Positions 9,988 through 19,032 of a stretch of 49,909 nucleotides of DNA are shown here, one piece after another. The position numbers and the translations under genes were made by a program. Under the pieces are notes generated by a model. The model was not told the origin of the DNA. It saw nothing but the letters and a program-made list of their open reading frames with translations, and did not search any database. Source of the DNA: Promethearchaeia archaeon (GTDB lineage: Archaea > Asgardarchaeota > Lokiarchaeia > Sigyniarchaeales > SOKP01); assembly GCA_029856125.1 (NCBI GenBank), contig JAHQWJ010000027.1:1-49909 (forward strand), in the 5' to 3' direction. Every line of letters starts with the position of its first letter. Position 1 is the stretch's first letter.

Positions 9988-10977
9988 CTACTTTCTTTGG
10001 ATCAATCTTATAATTATGTTACCATTATTTTTACGTGTATCAAAGCAGGCAAAAGAAGGGCCATTCTTAGGTTTTCCGCTAAGTATTGCGGGCATACCTC
10101 TATAGATCATGGTTGCTGCTTCTTTCTCAAGATCAGATACTGTAAATACCATTTCGGCGACACCTTCGCCTCGACTATCGAGCGATTCTTGATAAATAGA
10201 AGGTCCCTCAAGGGGTTGAATGAACTCAAAAGCCACTGGACCTACTAAACCTGATTTTACTCTCGTCTTGAAATTTAATTCCATAGACTCACTGGACACA
10301 TTGATTGAGTCAAGTGAGGCGCTATTAAGTTCAGTTTCGGGTTCAAATTCAATAATATCTAGTTTCTCATAGTACTCAACTACCTTATCAAGATCTCTAA
10401 CTGCAATACCAAGCCCATGGAATTTCCAATCCTTTAGATATGGATAAGAACGATAGTACTCTATCCATGTTTTTTCAAGCTCGAGTACGGGAGGTCTGAA
10501 CGAGATATCCACGTTACCATATTTGCGAGTGTCGATGTGATTTTCTAAAACATTATCAGCTTGGGTAATCTCCCACATGAGCGCGCAACCTTTTTCCAGT
10601 AACTTTTCAGTCTCTGTATTAACATCTGGAACATTGAAGCATATGTGGGTAATGCCTTCTAATGGAATACCTTGATTTTCCCCAATTTCAAGCAGTAGAT
10701 CCCCAACTTGGCAATCCTTATCCATAAATGTGTATTTATCTTTTCTTCTTCCTCGTTTGGCTTCCTCTAGGGGTTTTCCCGGGCCTAAACCACCATTTGT
10801 TGGTGGAACATCTTTGTTTGAATAGATCTCAGCGGGTCCACCGTTCCGATAATCCATGTACATTGCTTGAGGGCCTACACTAATCCCCATTCTTTTAGAT
10901 TGATAATAATCCAAAGCGTCATTCCAATTCCTAACGACGAGACAAATGTGATGCAATTTCCAATCTTTTTTTAACAT
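9988..10977 (-). CDS. Two-domain VOC/glyoxalase protein (methylmalonyl-CoA epimerase-like); start probably ATG 10977 rather than 11040
   Basis: Internal duplication KDWKLHHICLVVRN / KDWKFHGLGIAVRD; FEFIQPLEGPSIY..L..RGEG is typical of the Glyoxalase_4 family. Confidence 0.8.
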   Translation of the reverse strand: MLKKDWKLHHICLVVRNWNDALDYYQSKRMGISVGPQAMYMDYRNGGPAEIYSNKDVPPTNGGLGPGKPLEEAKRGRRKDKYTFMDKDCQVGDLLLEIGENQGIPLEGITHICFNVPDVNTETEKLLEKGCALMWEITQADNVLENHIDTRKYGNVDISFRPPVLELEKTWIEYYRSYPYLKDWKFHGLGIAVRDLDKVVEYYEKLDIIEFEPETELNSASLDSINVSSESMELNFKTRVKSGLVGPVAFEFIQPLEGPSIYQESLDSRGEGVAEMVFTVSDLEKEAATMIYRGMPAILSGKPKNGPSFACFDTRKNNGNIIIRLIQRK

Positions 10978-11066
10978 AATATTCTCTCTTCTTAAAAATC
11001 TCAATTCCTTGAGATGATTATAATCGTAAATTCGATACAATATTTAAGATTTTCAGTTTACTGAGG

Positions 11067-11834
11067 TCAACGATCCCAGGGAAAATGACTTCTTATAATT
11101 AATAGTTCACCTGTTATTTTATCGGATGCTGATGAAGCAAGGAATAAAGCTAAATCTGCAATATTTTCAGGAACGGGCGGACGTAATAATCGAGGCAATA
11201 GTTTACCATCTTCATTTTTATCAGAAGGTATTATCCCCCATTGTATTACTCTTTCAGTCAATGTAAAACCAGGAGCAATACAGTTTACATTTATGTTATG
11301 TTCCGCCCATGAGGTTGCTAAATTTTTCGTTAACATGATGACACCTGCTTTTGCTACTGAATAATGCATCATTCCCGGAGACCCCACAACTCCCGCTGTT
11401 GAAGCAATATTGATAATCTTACCTTGTTTTTGCTCTATCATTACCTTACCCGCAGCTATGCACCCAAGAAAAACGCCTGTGAGATTGAGAGTAAGGACAT
11501 GATTCCATTCTTTGAGAGAAATCTTTAGTGGTTCAGTCGGGATCCCCCGACCAGCGTTATTGATCATTATATCAAGCCGCCCAAAATTTTCCACTGTTTG
11601 TTTGACCATATTGTCTACCTGTTCTGGAATCTTAACATCAGTAGCTATAGCCAGAGATTCCCTACCAAGTGTTCTGATTTCTTCAGCAACCTTATCGAGA
11701 TTCTCTTGCTTGCGGCTTGCAATTACAACATTGGCTCCTGCTTCAGCATATGTTAAAGCGATACTTTTTCCAATACCACTGGAGCCACCAGTTATTAAAG
11801 CCACTTTTCCATCTAATAATTCCATTTGTTTCAC
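11067..11834 (-). CDS. Short-chain dehydrogenase/reductase (SDR, paralog 1)
   Basis: TGGSSGIG, NNAG, catalytic YSVAK. Confidence 0.93.
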   Translation of the reverse strand: MKQMELLDGKVALITGGSSGIGKSIALTYAEAGANVVIASRKQENLDKVAEEIRTLGRESLAIATDVKIPEQVDNMVKQTVENFGRLDIMINNAGRGIPTEPLKISLKEWNHVLTLNLTGVFLGCIAAGKVMIEQKQGKIINIASTAGVVGSPGMMHYSVAKAGVIMLTKNLATSWAEHNINVNCIAPGFTLTERVIQWGIIPSDKNEDGKLLPRLLRPPVPENIADLALFLASSASDKITGELLIIRSHFPWDR

Positions 11835-11889
11835 TTTTAAATTTTTTAAGCAATAATGAATGATTTTTTAGCAATAATTTATATGGGGA

Positions 11890-12648
11890 TTAACGATCCC
11901 ACGAAAAATGACTCCTTACGATAAGTAATTCACCGGTTATTTGATCGGATGCTGAAGAAGCGAGAAAGAGAGCTAAATCTGCAATATTTTTAGGACCAGG
12001 GGGACGTAATAGTCGAGGCAATAGTGTACCGTCTTCATTTTTATCAGAAGGTAATATCCCCCATTGTATTATTCGTTCAGTAGCTGTCAGACCAGGAGCG
12101 ATACAATTCACATTAATGTTATTTTTCGCCCATGAAGCAGCTAAATTTTTAGTTAACATGATAACACCTGCCTTTGCTGCTGAATAATGAATCATTCCTG
12201 GATCCCCTTTAACTCCAGCTACTGAAGCAATATTGATAATCTTACCTTGTTTCTGCTCAATCATTACCTTACCAGCAGCTACACAGCCAAGAAAAACCCC
12301 TGTGAGATTGAGAGCAAGGACATGATTCCATTCTTTGACTGAGATCTCTAACGGTTGAGTCGGGATCCCACGACCAGCGTTGTTGACCATTATATCAAGC
12401 CGTCCGAAATGCTCTACTGTTTGATTGACCATATTCTCTACTTGTTCCGGAATCTTAACATCAGTGGCAATAGCAAGAGATTCCCTACCAAGTGCTTTGA
12501 TTTCTTCAGCAACCTTATCGAGATTCTCCTTTTTACGGCTTGCAACTACAACATTAGCCCCTGCTTCGGCATATGTTAGAGCGATGCTTTTTCCAATACC
12601 GCTAGAACCACCGGTTATTAAGGCTACTTTATCCTTTAGTACTTCCAT
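11890..12648 (-). CDS. SDR (paralog 2)
   Basis: TGGSSGIG, NNAG, YSAAK. Confidence 0.93.
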   Translation of the reverse strand: MEVLKDKVALITGGSSGIGKSIALTYAEAGANVVVASRKKENLDKVAEEIKALGRESLAIATDVKIPEQVENMVNQTVEHFGRLDIMVNNAGRGIPTQPLEISVKEWNHVLALNLTGVFLGCVAAGKVMIEQKQGKIINIASVAGVKGDPGMIHYSAAKAGVIMLTKNLAASWAKNNINVNCIAPGLTATERIIQWGILPSDKNEDGTLLPRLLRPPGPKNIADLALFLASSASDQITGELLIVRSHFSWDR

Positions 12649-12710
12649 TTACTTCACATTTAAGTTTCTATATACAAAAAATGTTGTTATTTCCAGAAAA
12701 TTATATGTAC

Positions 12711-12759
12711 CTAAGTTTTATTATATTTAACAGCTTTGGTAGCATAATTTGTGGAAGGG
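12711..12759. promoter_or_regulatory. 49-nt block identical in both cassette copies, containing a minus-strand TATA (TTAAATATA)
   Basis: CTAAGTTTTATTATATTTAACAGCTTTGGTAGCATAATTTGTGGAAGGG at 12711-12759 and 17460-17508. Confidence 0.65.
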
Positions 12760-12952
12760 AGGGTGAATAATAGATTAATTTGATTAATATTTTTTTTAGA
12801 AAAAAAAATTACTTTAAAAAATTTGGATACTCATACTCAAGGTTAGGATACCTATAAAAAATTAATTAAGTAATGATTATTATTGATTTCCATATTATCA
12901 TAATAGAAATTTCTTTTAAGGAAAGAAGGTCTAATTTCGAATAAAAATTGAT

Positions 12953-14272
12953 GTGATTATAATGATTAAAGATTTTGGAGGAAAGGTTGCTGTAATTACG
13001 GGAGCGGCAAGTGGTATTGGGCGTGGACTTGCTTATGGTTTTGCTAAACGGGGGATGAAAATTGTTCTAGCAGACATCGATAAAGAAAATCTAGAAAAGG
13101 TAGCAAAAGAACTCAAAGAAATGGGCATTGAGGTAATGACTCAAATAACAGATGTGAGTGATCCAGAACAGATGGCACAATTAGCAGATGCTTCTTACGC
13201 GCGTTTTGGAACAGTAAATATACTTTGTAATAATGCGGGGGTCGGAGGAGCTGGACGCATTAGTTTAATTACACTTGAAACTTGGAATTGGACTCTAGGT
13301 GTTAATCTCTTTGGTGTTATCCATGGTATTCAATATTTTTTAAACCGAATGTTGGCAAGTAACGAACCATGTCATATAGTTAATACTTCTTCAATGGCAG
13401 GATTACTTTCTGGCGACAATTCACCTTATCCTGTATCTAAATTTGCAATAGTTGCAATTTCTGAAGCTTTAGCTTTAGATTGCTTTGATACAAATGTGGG
13501 CGTATCTGTAGTTTGTCCGGGGCGAGTTAACACAAATATAATAAATAATACACGTATGCTTAGAGAAACACGACCAGGCACTTGGCAACCACCAGCAGAA
13601 ATGATTGAAGAATCAGAAATTGGGAAGGAAAATATGAATAGAATTTTGGCGCGAGCATTGGCTCCAGAAAAATTAGCAGAAATGGTGATTAAAGCAATTG
13701 AAAACGATATTTTTTATGTTTTAACTCATCCAGAATACATACCATTAGTAAAATCTCGGTATGAGCGTATTTATGAGGATATTTTAAGATTGCATGAAGG
13801 AATTGAAGCAAAAAGTGAGAAAAAATCGAGGATTTTTAAATGTGATGCACCAATTTTTTCCATAGCTTACCCCGAAAGTTTTATAGAGTTGAAACCAAAT
13901 CCAATGAATTTTCCAGTGAACGAACCAGTTTTGGTTGCCAGTAAAGAACCCGGTATTGATCTTCTGATTTTTGCTTTTAAATCTTCGACGAATGACAGAC
14001 CATTAGCTGAAACAGTACAAGATATTGCTAAACGAATTGAGGAGAGGGCAAGAGAGATCAATATTACTTCCAATGAACCAGCAACTTTGAGAGATGGAAC
14101 AACTGCTTATGAGAGTGTTATTGAATATAAATATCTAGGTATTTTTAAGATTAAAAGTATCCATCTTTCGGTTTTAAAAGATGATCATCAGATTGTCATT
14201 AGCATTTATGCCAATGCTAATTATTATAATGATGATTTAAGAGATATTTTATATTCTCTTGAATTTAATTAA
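12953..14272 (+). CDS. SDR fused to a C-terminal PsbP/Mog1-like domain (copy 1)
   Basis: TGAASGIG, NNAG, YPVSK; extra ~150 aa with FSIAYPESF...TLRDGTTAY resembling the PsbP fold. Confidence 0.88.
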   Translation: MIIMIKDFGGKVAVITGAASGIGRGLAYGFAKRGMKIVLADIDKENLEKVAKELKEMGIEVMTQITDVSDPEQMAQLADASYARFGTVNILCNNAGVGGAGRISLITLETWNWTLGVNLFGVIHGIQYFLNRMLASNEPCHIVNTSSMAGLLSGDNSPYPVSKFAIVAISEALALDCFDTNVGVSVVCPGRVNTNIINNTRMLRETRPGTWQPPAEMIEESEIGKENMNRILARALAPEKLAEMVIKAIENDIFYVLTHPEYIPLVKSRYERIYEDILRLHEGIEAKSEKKSRIFKCDAPIFSIAYPESFIELKPNPMNFPVNEPVLVASKEPGIDLLIFAFKSSTNDRPLAETVQDIAKRIEERAREINITSNEPATLRDGTTAYESVIEYKYLGIFKIKSIHLSVLKDDHQIVISIYANANYYNDDLRDILYSLEFN

Positions 14273-14427
14273 AACCTGTTGATTAACTTAGAGAGTTCAC
14301 GAGTGTTTTTTAAATATAAGTCAGAAGCATAGTTCATTATTATTACTATTTAATTAATTTTAAAGGGATGTTCCCTCCAACTCTAAATTTTTTATTTTTT
14401 ACATTTTATTAAATGAAAAAACCCCCG

Positions 14428-15519
14428 TTAATGATATAATTTTCTGTGTTCAGGATCTAATGCATCAAATGTTTTCTTTGCCTCTTCAGGGGGAAGAACA
14501 ACGATAGTGCCATCTTCCTTTTGAACTACGCAACCAGAATTTTGAAGCAAGCGGTAATTTTCGTTAGTCTCCTTTGGATTCCCCCAACATACAATTTGAC
14601 AGTGTCCACAAGTAAATATCAAGTAATCTCCTAATTTTACGGTTTTATTTCCTATGAAGGGAACTTCATGTTTCTCTTCTATCTCCTTGTAGTCGTAAGA
14701 TTTGAAATCATCTCTCTTTGGTAATTTAAACCAGTTTTTTTGTGCACGAATCAGCGATTCTAACGCCTCACGCTTAGTTTTAGGTTGTTCATAGCGACCT
14801 GGGCTCCAAGTAGACCACTCTCCCGTTATATCTAAACCCGAATATCCTCCGCATACCAAATGACAACGTCCTTTATCAATTTTTTTAGCGTGGGTAAATG
14901 TATACCCTCCAATCTTTATTTCTACTTCTTCTTGATTATCAAAAGTCCTTAACGCACATACTTTTACACATACTTTACATTGATTACAAAACGACTCAGA
15001 CTCTGGAAGAGGATCCGTAGGTTTTAACTTTGCAGATGTTACAATTGCTCCTAACTCTAAGTTTGGGCCATAACCTTTTAAGCCTAAATTTCCGCTCCAA
15101 CCAAACAAACCAACGCCTCCTCTTACCGCTAAATATCTGAGAGAAATATCGGGAGGCAATTCGTATTTCCAATCTTCCAGCTCTTTTCTGTATTTAAAGT
15201 TTGACATAACCGGAAATGCTTCGAAGTCCTTTCTTCTTAATAACTCTGCAACTTCTTTAGAAATATCATAGGCTTTCATAGTAAGGTCGAATCGATCTTT
15301 CTCGTGATTATACCTACTATTCGGCTCTTTTTTTAAATAAGGGCGTATCAATTCTCGATTTAACGGGAGAGCGTAAGATATAGCAGATTGTGCTTCTGGT
15401 AGGACATATTTTATATCTGATCCTGGGGGACCTCCCTTTAGAGTTTCAAGTGTAGTAAATCCAACTTTTATTGCCCCTTTTCCTAAGAGAAAATTCTCCA
15501 ATTCTTCATTTAATGAAAT
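14428..15519 (-). CDS. Epoxyqueuosine reductase (QueG)/reductive-dehalogenase-like Fe-S cobamide protein; start TTG 15501 or ATT 15519
   Basis: ISLRYLAVRGGVGLFGWSG and GAIVTSAKLKPTDP family motifs; CxxCxxCxxxC plus split C...C...CxxCxxxC cluster ligands. Confidence 0.8.
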   Translation of the reverse strand: MSLNEELENFLLGKGAIKVGFTTLETLKGGPPGSDIKYVLPEAQSAISYALPLNRELIRPYLKKEPNSRYNHEKDRFDLTMKAYDISKEVAELLRRKDFEAFPVMSNFKYRKELEDWKYELPPDISLRYLAVRGGVGLFGWSGNLGLKGYGPNLELGAIVTSAKLKPTDPLPESESFCNQCKVCVKVCALRTFDNQEEVEIKIGGYTFTHAKKIDKGRCHLVCGGYSGLDITGEWSTWSPGRYEQPKTKREALESLIRAQKNWFKLPKRDDFKSYDYKEIEEKHEVPFIGNKTVKLGDYLIFTCGHCQIVCWGNPKETNENYRLLQNSGCVVQKEDGTIVVLPPEEAKKTFDALDPEHRKLYH

Positions 15520-15762
15520 CTTAATCCTCTCAATACAATAATTTTGATATAAATGCTATAGTTAACTTTTATATTAAAATATTCTCTAGTGATTATCTCC
15601 ATTTCAAACCTTTTATCACTCATTAGAAATACCATAATTATTTTTCATTTATGAAAAAATTAAGTAGAATTATTCTGAATATATACCTTAAATGATTAAA
15701 TTTGATAAAATTCTTGATTTTGCGAGGTAAGAATCAAGAATATTAGGGTTGATAATTTGATC

Positions 15763-15779
15763 ATGTGAGTTACTCACAT
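15763..15779. promoter_or_regulatory. Perfect palindrome ATGTGAGT-T-ACTCACAT, candidate operator
   Basis: 8-bp arms with a 1-nt spacer in the intergenic region upstream of the QueG-like gene. Confidence 0.5.
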
Positions 15780-15849
15780 TACATAATTAGAAATCGAATT
15801 TCTTTCAGTTTGTTTAATTCATTACGAAGCCCCTTGTTATCTACTGAAG

Positions 15850-16617
15850 TTACCGGTCCCAAGAAAAATGACTCCTTATAATTAGTAGTTCACCGGTTAT
15901 TCGATCAGATACGGGTGAAGCGAGAAAGAGAGCTAAATCTGCAATGTTTTCAGGAACGGGCGGACGTAATAATCGAGGAACAGTTGTATCCTCTTCATAT
16001 AGATCAGGTGTTAATACTCCCCATTTTATAACTCCTTTAGTAGCTGTCAAGCCTGGAGCAATGCAATTTACATTTATGTTATGTTCAGCCCACGAAGCCG
16101 CTAAATTCTTGGTTAACATTATGACCCCAGCCTTTGCTACTGAATAATGTAGCATTCCGGGAGAGCATTTAACTCCCGCTGTTGAAGCAATATTAATAAT
16201 CTTACCTTGTTTCTGCTCAATCATAACCTTACCTGCAGCAATACACCCTAAAAAAACGCCAGTGAGATTAAGGTTAATGATCTCATTCCACTCATCAATA
16301 GAAATCTCTTGTGGTTCTGTGGAGATCCCACGACCAGCATTGTTGACTATAATATCAAGATGTCCGAAACGATCTACAGTTTGTTTGATCATATTATCTA
16401 CTTGTTCGGGAACACAAACATCGGTGCTAATGGCAAGAGATTCCCTCCCAAGTTCTTTGACAGTTGTAGCAACCCTATCGATATATTTCTGTGTACGACT
16501 GGCAATTACAATACTAGCACCTTCCTTCGCAAAAGTCAAAGCGATACTTCTACCAATACCTCTAGAACCACCGGTTATTAAAGCAACTTTCCCATCTAAT
16601 ACTCCCATATTCTTCAC
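15850..16617 (-). CDS. SDR (paralog 3)
   Basis: TGGSRGIG, NNAG, YSVAK. Confidence 0.93.
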   Translation of the reverse strand: MKNMGVLDGKVALITGGSRGIGRSIALTFAKEGASIVIASRTQKYIDRVATTVKELGRESLAISTDVCVPEQVDNMIKQTVDRFGHLDIIVNNAGRGISTEPQEISIDEWNEIINLNLTGVFLGCIAAGKVMIEQKQGKIINIASTAGVKCSPGMLHYSVAKAGVIMLTKNLAASWAEHNINVNCIAPGLTATKGVIKWGVLTPDLYEEDTTVPRLLRPPVPENIADLALFLASPVSDRITGELLIIRSHFSWDR

Positions 16618-16638
16618 TTTTATTTTTTTATAGTGTGA

Positions 16639-17406
16639 TTAACGATCCCATTCAAAATGACTTCTTATAATTAATAGTTCACCAGTTATTTGATCAGATG
16701 CAGATGTAGCAAGAAAGAGAGCCAAATCTGCGATATTTTGTGGAATAGGAGGACGTAATAGTCGTGGTAATAGTGTACCATCTTCTCTTTTGTCAGAAGG
16801 TAATATCCCCCATTGTATTACTCTTTCAGTCAATGTAAAACCAGGAGCAATACAGTTTACATTTATGTTATGTTCCGCCCATGAAGCTGCTAAATTCTTG
16901 GTTAACATTATAACCCCTGCCTTTGCTACTGAATAGTGTAGCATTCCCGGAGACCCTACAACTCCAGCTGTTGAGGCAATATTGATAATCTTACCTTGTT
17001 TCTGCTCAATCATAACCCTACCAGCAGCGATACAACCAAGAAAAACACTTGTGAGATTGAGCTTAAGGACATGATTCCATTCTTTGATTGAAATCTCTAA
17101 TGGTTCTGTCGGAATGCCACGACCTGCGTTGTTGATCATTATATCAAGCCGTCCAAAATTATTTACTGTTTGCTTGACCATATTGTCTATCTGTTCCGGA
17201 ATCTTAACATCAGTGGCTATAGCAAGAGATTCTCCACCAAGTTCCTTGATTTCTTCAACAACTTTATCGAGATTCTCCTGTTTACGACTCGCAACTACAA
17301 CTTTGGCTCCTGCCTTGGCATATGTTAAAGCGATACTTTTACCAATACCGCTCGAACCACCAGTTATTAAGGCTACTTTACCATCTAATAATCTCATTTG
17401 TTTCAC
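16639..17406 (-). CDS. SDR (paralog 4)
   Basis: TGGSSGIG, NNAG, YSVAK. Confidence 0.93.
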   Translation of the reverse strand: MKQMRLLDGKVALITGGSSGIGKSIALTYAKAGAKVVVASRKQENLDKVVEEIKELGGESLAIATDVKIPEQIDNMVKQTVNNFGRLDIMINNAGRGIPTEPLEISIKEWNHVLKLNLTSVFLGCIAAGRVMIEQKQGKIINIASTAGVVGSPGMLHYSVAKAGVIMLTKNLAASWAEHNINVNCIAPGFTLTERVIQWGILPSDKREDGTLLPRLLRPPIPQNIADLALFLATSASDQITGELLIIRSHFEWDR

Positions 17407-17703
17407 TTTTTGGTATTTGTATACAATAACCAGTGATTTTTATAGAAAATTATATGTAACTAAGTTTTATTATATTTAACAGCTTTGGTAGCATAATTTG
17501 TGGAAGGGTGGGTAAATAATAGACTAATTTGATTAAAAATTTTTTTAGAAAAATAAAAATTACTAAAAAAAATTTGGATACTTTTACGCAGTGTTAGGAT
17601 ACTTAGAAAATATTTATTATGTAATTATTATTATTGATTTCCATATTAGCATAATACGAATTTCTTTTAAGGAAAGAAGGTCTAATTTCGAATATAAATT
17701 GAT

Positions 17704-19020
17704 GTGAATATAATGATAAAAGATTTTGGAGGAAAGGTCGCTGTAATTACGGGAGCGGCAAGTGGTATTGGGCGTGGACTTGCGTATGGATTTGCTAAAC
17801 AGGGGATGAATATTGTTCTAGCAGACATCGATAAAGAAAATTTAGTGAAAGTAGCAAAAGAACTTGAAGAAATAGGTATTGAGGTAATGACTCAATTAAC
17901 TGATGTGAGTGATCCAGAACAGGTGGCTCAATTAGCAGATGCTTCTTATAAACGTTTTGGGACGGTAAATATACTTTGTAATAATGCGGGAGTCGGAGGA
18001 GCTGGAAGCATTAGTTTAGTTACACTTGAAAATTGGAAATGGATTCTTGGTGTTAATGTCTTTGGCGTTATCCATGGTATTCAATATTTTTTAAACCGAA
18101 TGTTAGCAAGTAACGAACAGTGCCATATTGTTAATACTTCATCAATGGCAGGATTACTTTCAGGTGACAATTCATCATATCCAACCTCTAAATTCGCGGT
18201 AGTCGCGATTTCAGAATCTTTAGCTTTTGATTGCTTTAATACAAATGTAGGCGTATCTGTAGTTTGTCCTGGGCGTGTTAATACAAATATTATAAAAAAT
18301 ACATATACATTTAGACAAAACCGACCAGGCGTTTGGCTGCCACCAGCAGAAATGATTAAACAATCAGAAATTGGTAGGGAAAATCTGAATAGAATCTTGG
18401 CAGGAGCAATGACTCCAGAAAAATTGGCAGAATTAGTGATTAAAGCAATCAAAAATGACATATTTTATGTTTTAACTCATCCAGAATACATACCATTGGT
18501 AAAATCTCGGTTTGAGCGCATTAATGAAGATGCATTAAAATTGTATGAAGGAATTGAAATAAAAAGTGAACAAAAATCGAAAATCTTCAAAAATGATTCA
18601 CCTACTTTTTCCATAACCTACCCCGAAAGTTTTATAGAATTGAAACCAAATCCAATGAACCTTCCAGAAGTCAAACCAGTCTTTGTTGCCGCTAAAGAGC
18701 CCAGTATTGACCTTTTGATTTCTGTTATTAAATCTTCGAAGTATGGCCGACCATTAGATGAATCTGTAAATGAAATTGTAAGACGAATTGAGGATATAGC
18801 AAGAGAGATCAACATTAGTTCCAACGAACCAATAACTTTGAGAGACGGAACACCTGCTTATGAGAGTGTTATTGAATATAAATATCTAGGTATATTTCCA
18901 GTTAAAAGTATCCATCTTTCGGTTTTAAAAGATGAACATCTGATTGTTATTAGTATTTATGCCAATGCCAATTATTATAACGAAAATTTTAGAGATATTT
19001 TATATTCTCTTGAATTTTAA
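17704..19020 (+). CDS. SDR fused to a C-terminal PsbP/Mog1-like domain (copy 2)
   Basis: TGAASGIG, NNAG, YPTSK; aligns full length with 12953-14272. Confidence 0.88.
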   Translation: MNIMIKDFGGKVAVITGAASGIGRGLAYGFAKQGMNIVLADIDKENLVKVAKELEEIGIEVMTQLTDVSDPEQVAQLADASYKRFGTVNILCNNAGVGGAGSISLVTLENWKWILGVNVFGVIHGIQYFLNRMLASNEQCHIVNTSSMAGLLSGDNSSYPTSKFAVVAISESLAFDCFNTNVGVSVVCPGRVNTNIIKNTYTFRQNRPGVWLPPAEMIKQSEIGRENLNRILAGAMTPEKLAELVIKAIKNDIFYVLTHPEYIPLVKSRFERINEDALKLYEGIEIKSEQKSKIFKNDSPTFSITYPESFIELKPNPMNLPEVKPVFVAAKEPSIDLLISVIKSSKYGRPLDESVNEIVRRIEDIAREINISSNEPITLRDGTPAYESVIEYKYLGIFPVKSIHLSVLKDEHLIVISIYANANYYNENFRDILYSLEF

Positions 19021-19032
19021 TTAAAAACTTTT

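Larger units (their letters stand above)
11067..14272. repeat. Copy 1 of a ~3.2-kb direct segmental duplication (SDR-SDR <divergent promoter> SDR/PsbP-like)
   Basis: Same gene order and orientation as 15850-19020; intergenic 12649-12952 aligns with 17407-17703. Confidence 0.92.
15850..19020. repeat. Copy 2 of the ~3.2-kb segmental duplication
   Basis: Same architecture as 11067-14272, diverged by scattered substitutions. Confidence 0.92.

Noticed and set aside
11512-18824. Recurring antisense ORFs over the SDR genes, similar to one another
   Set aside because: They mirror the conserved sense-strand paralogs; open antisense frames are common opposite SDRs
11067-19020. Duplication as a pure assembly artefact
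   Set aside because: The copies differ by many dispersed substitutions, keep intact frames and have unique DNA between them; local chimerism still needs a read check
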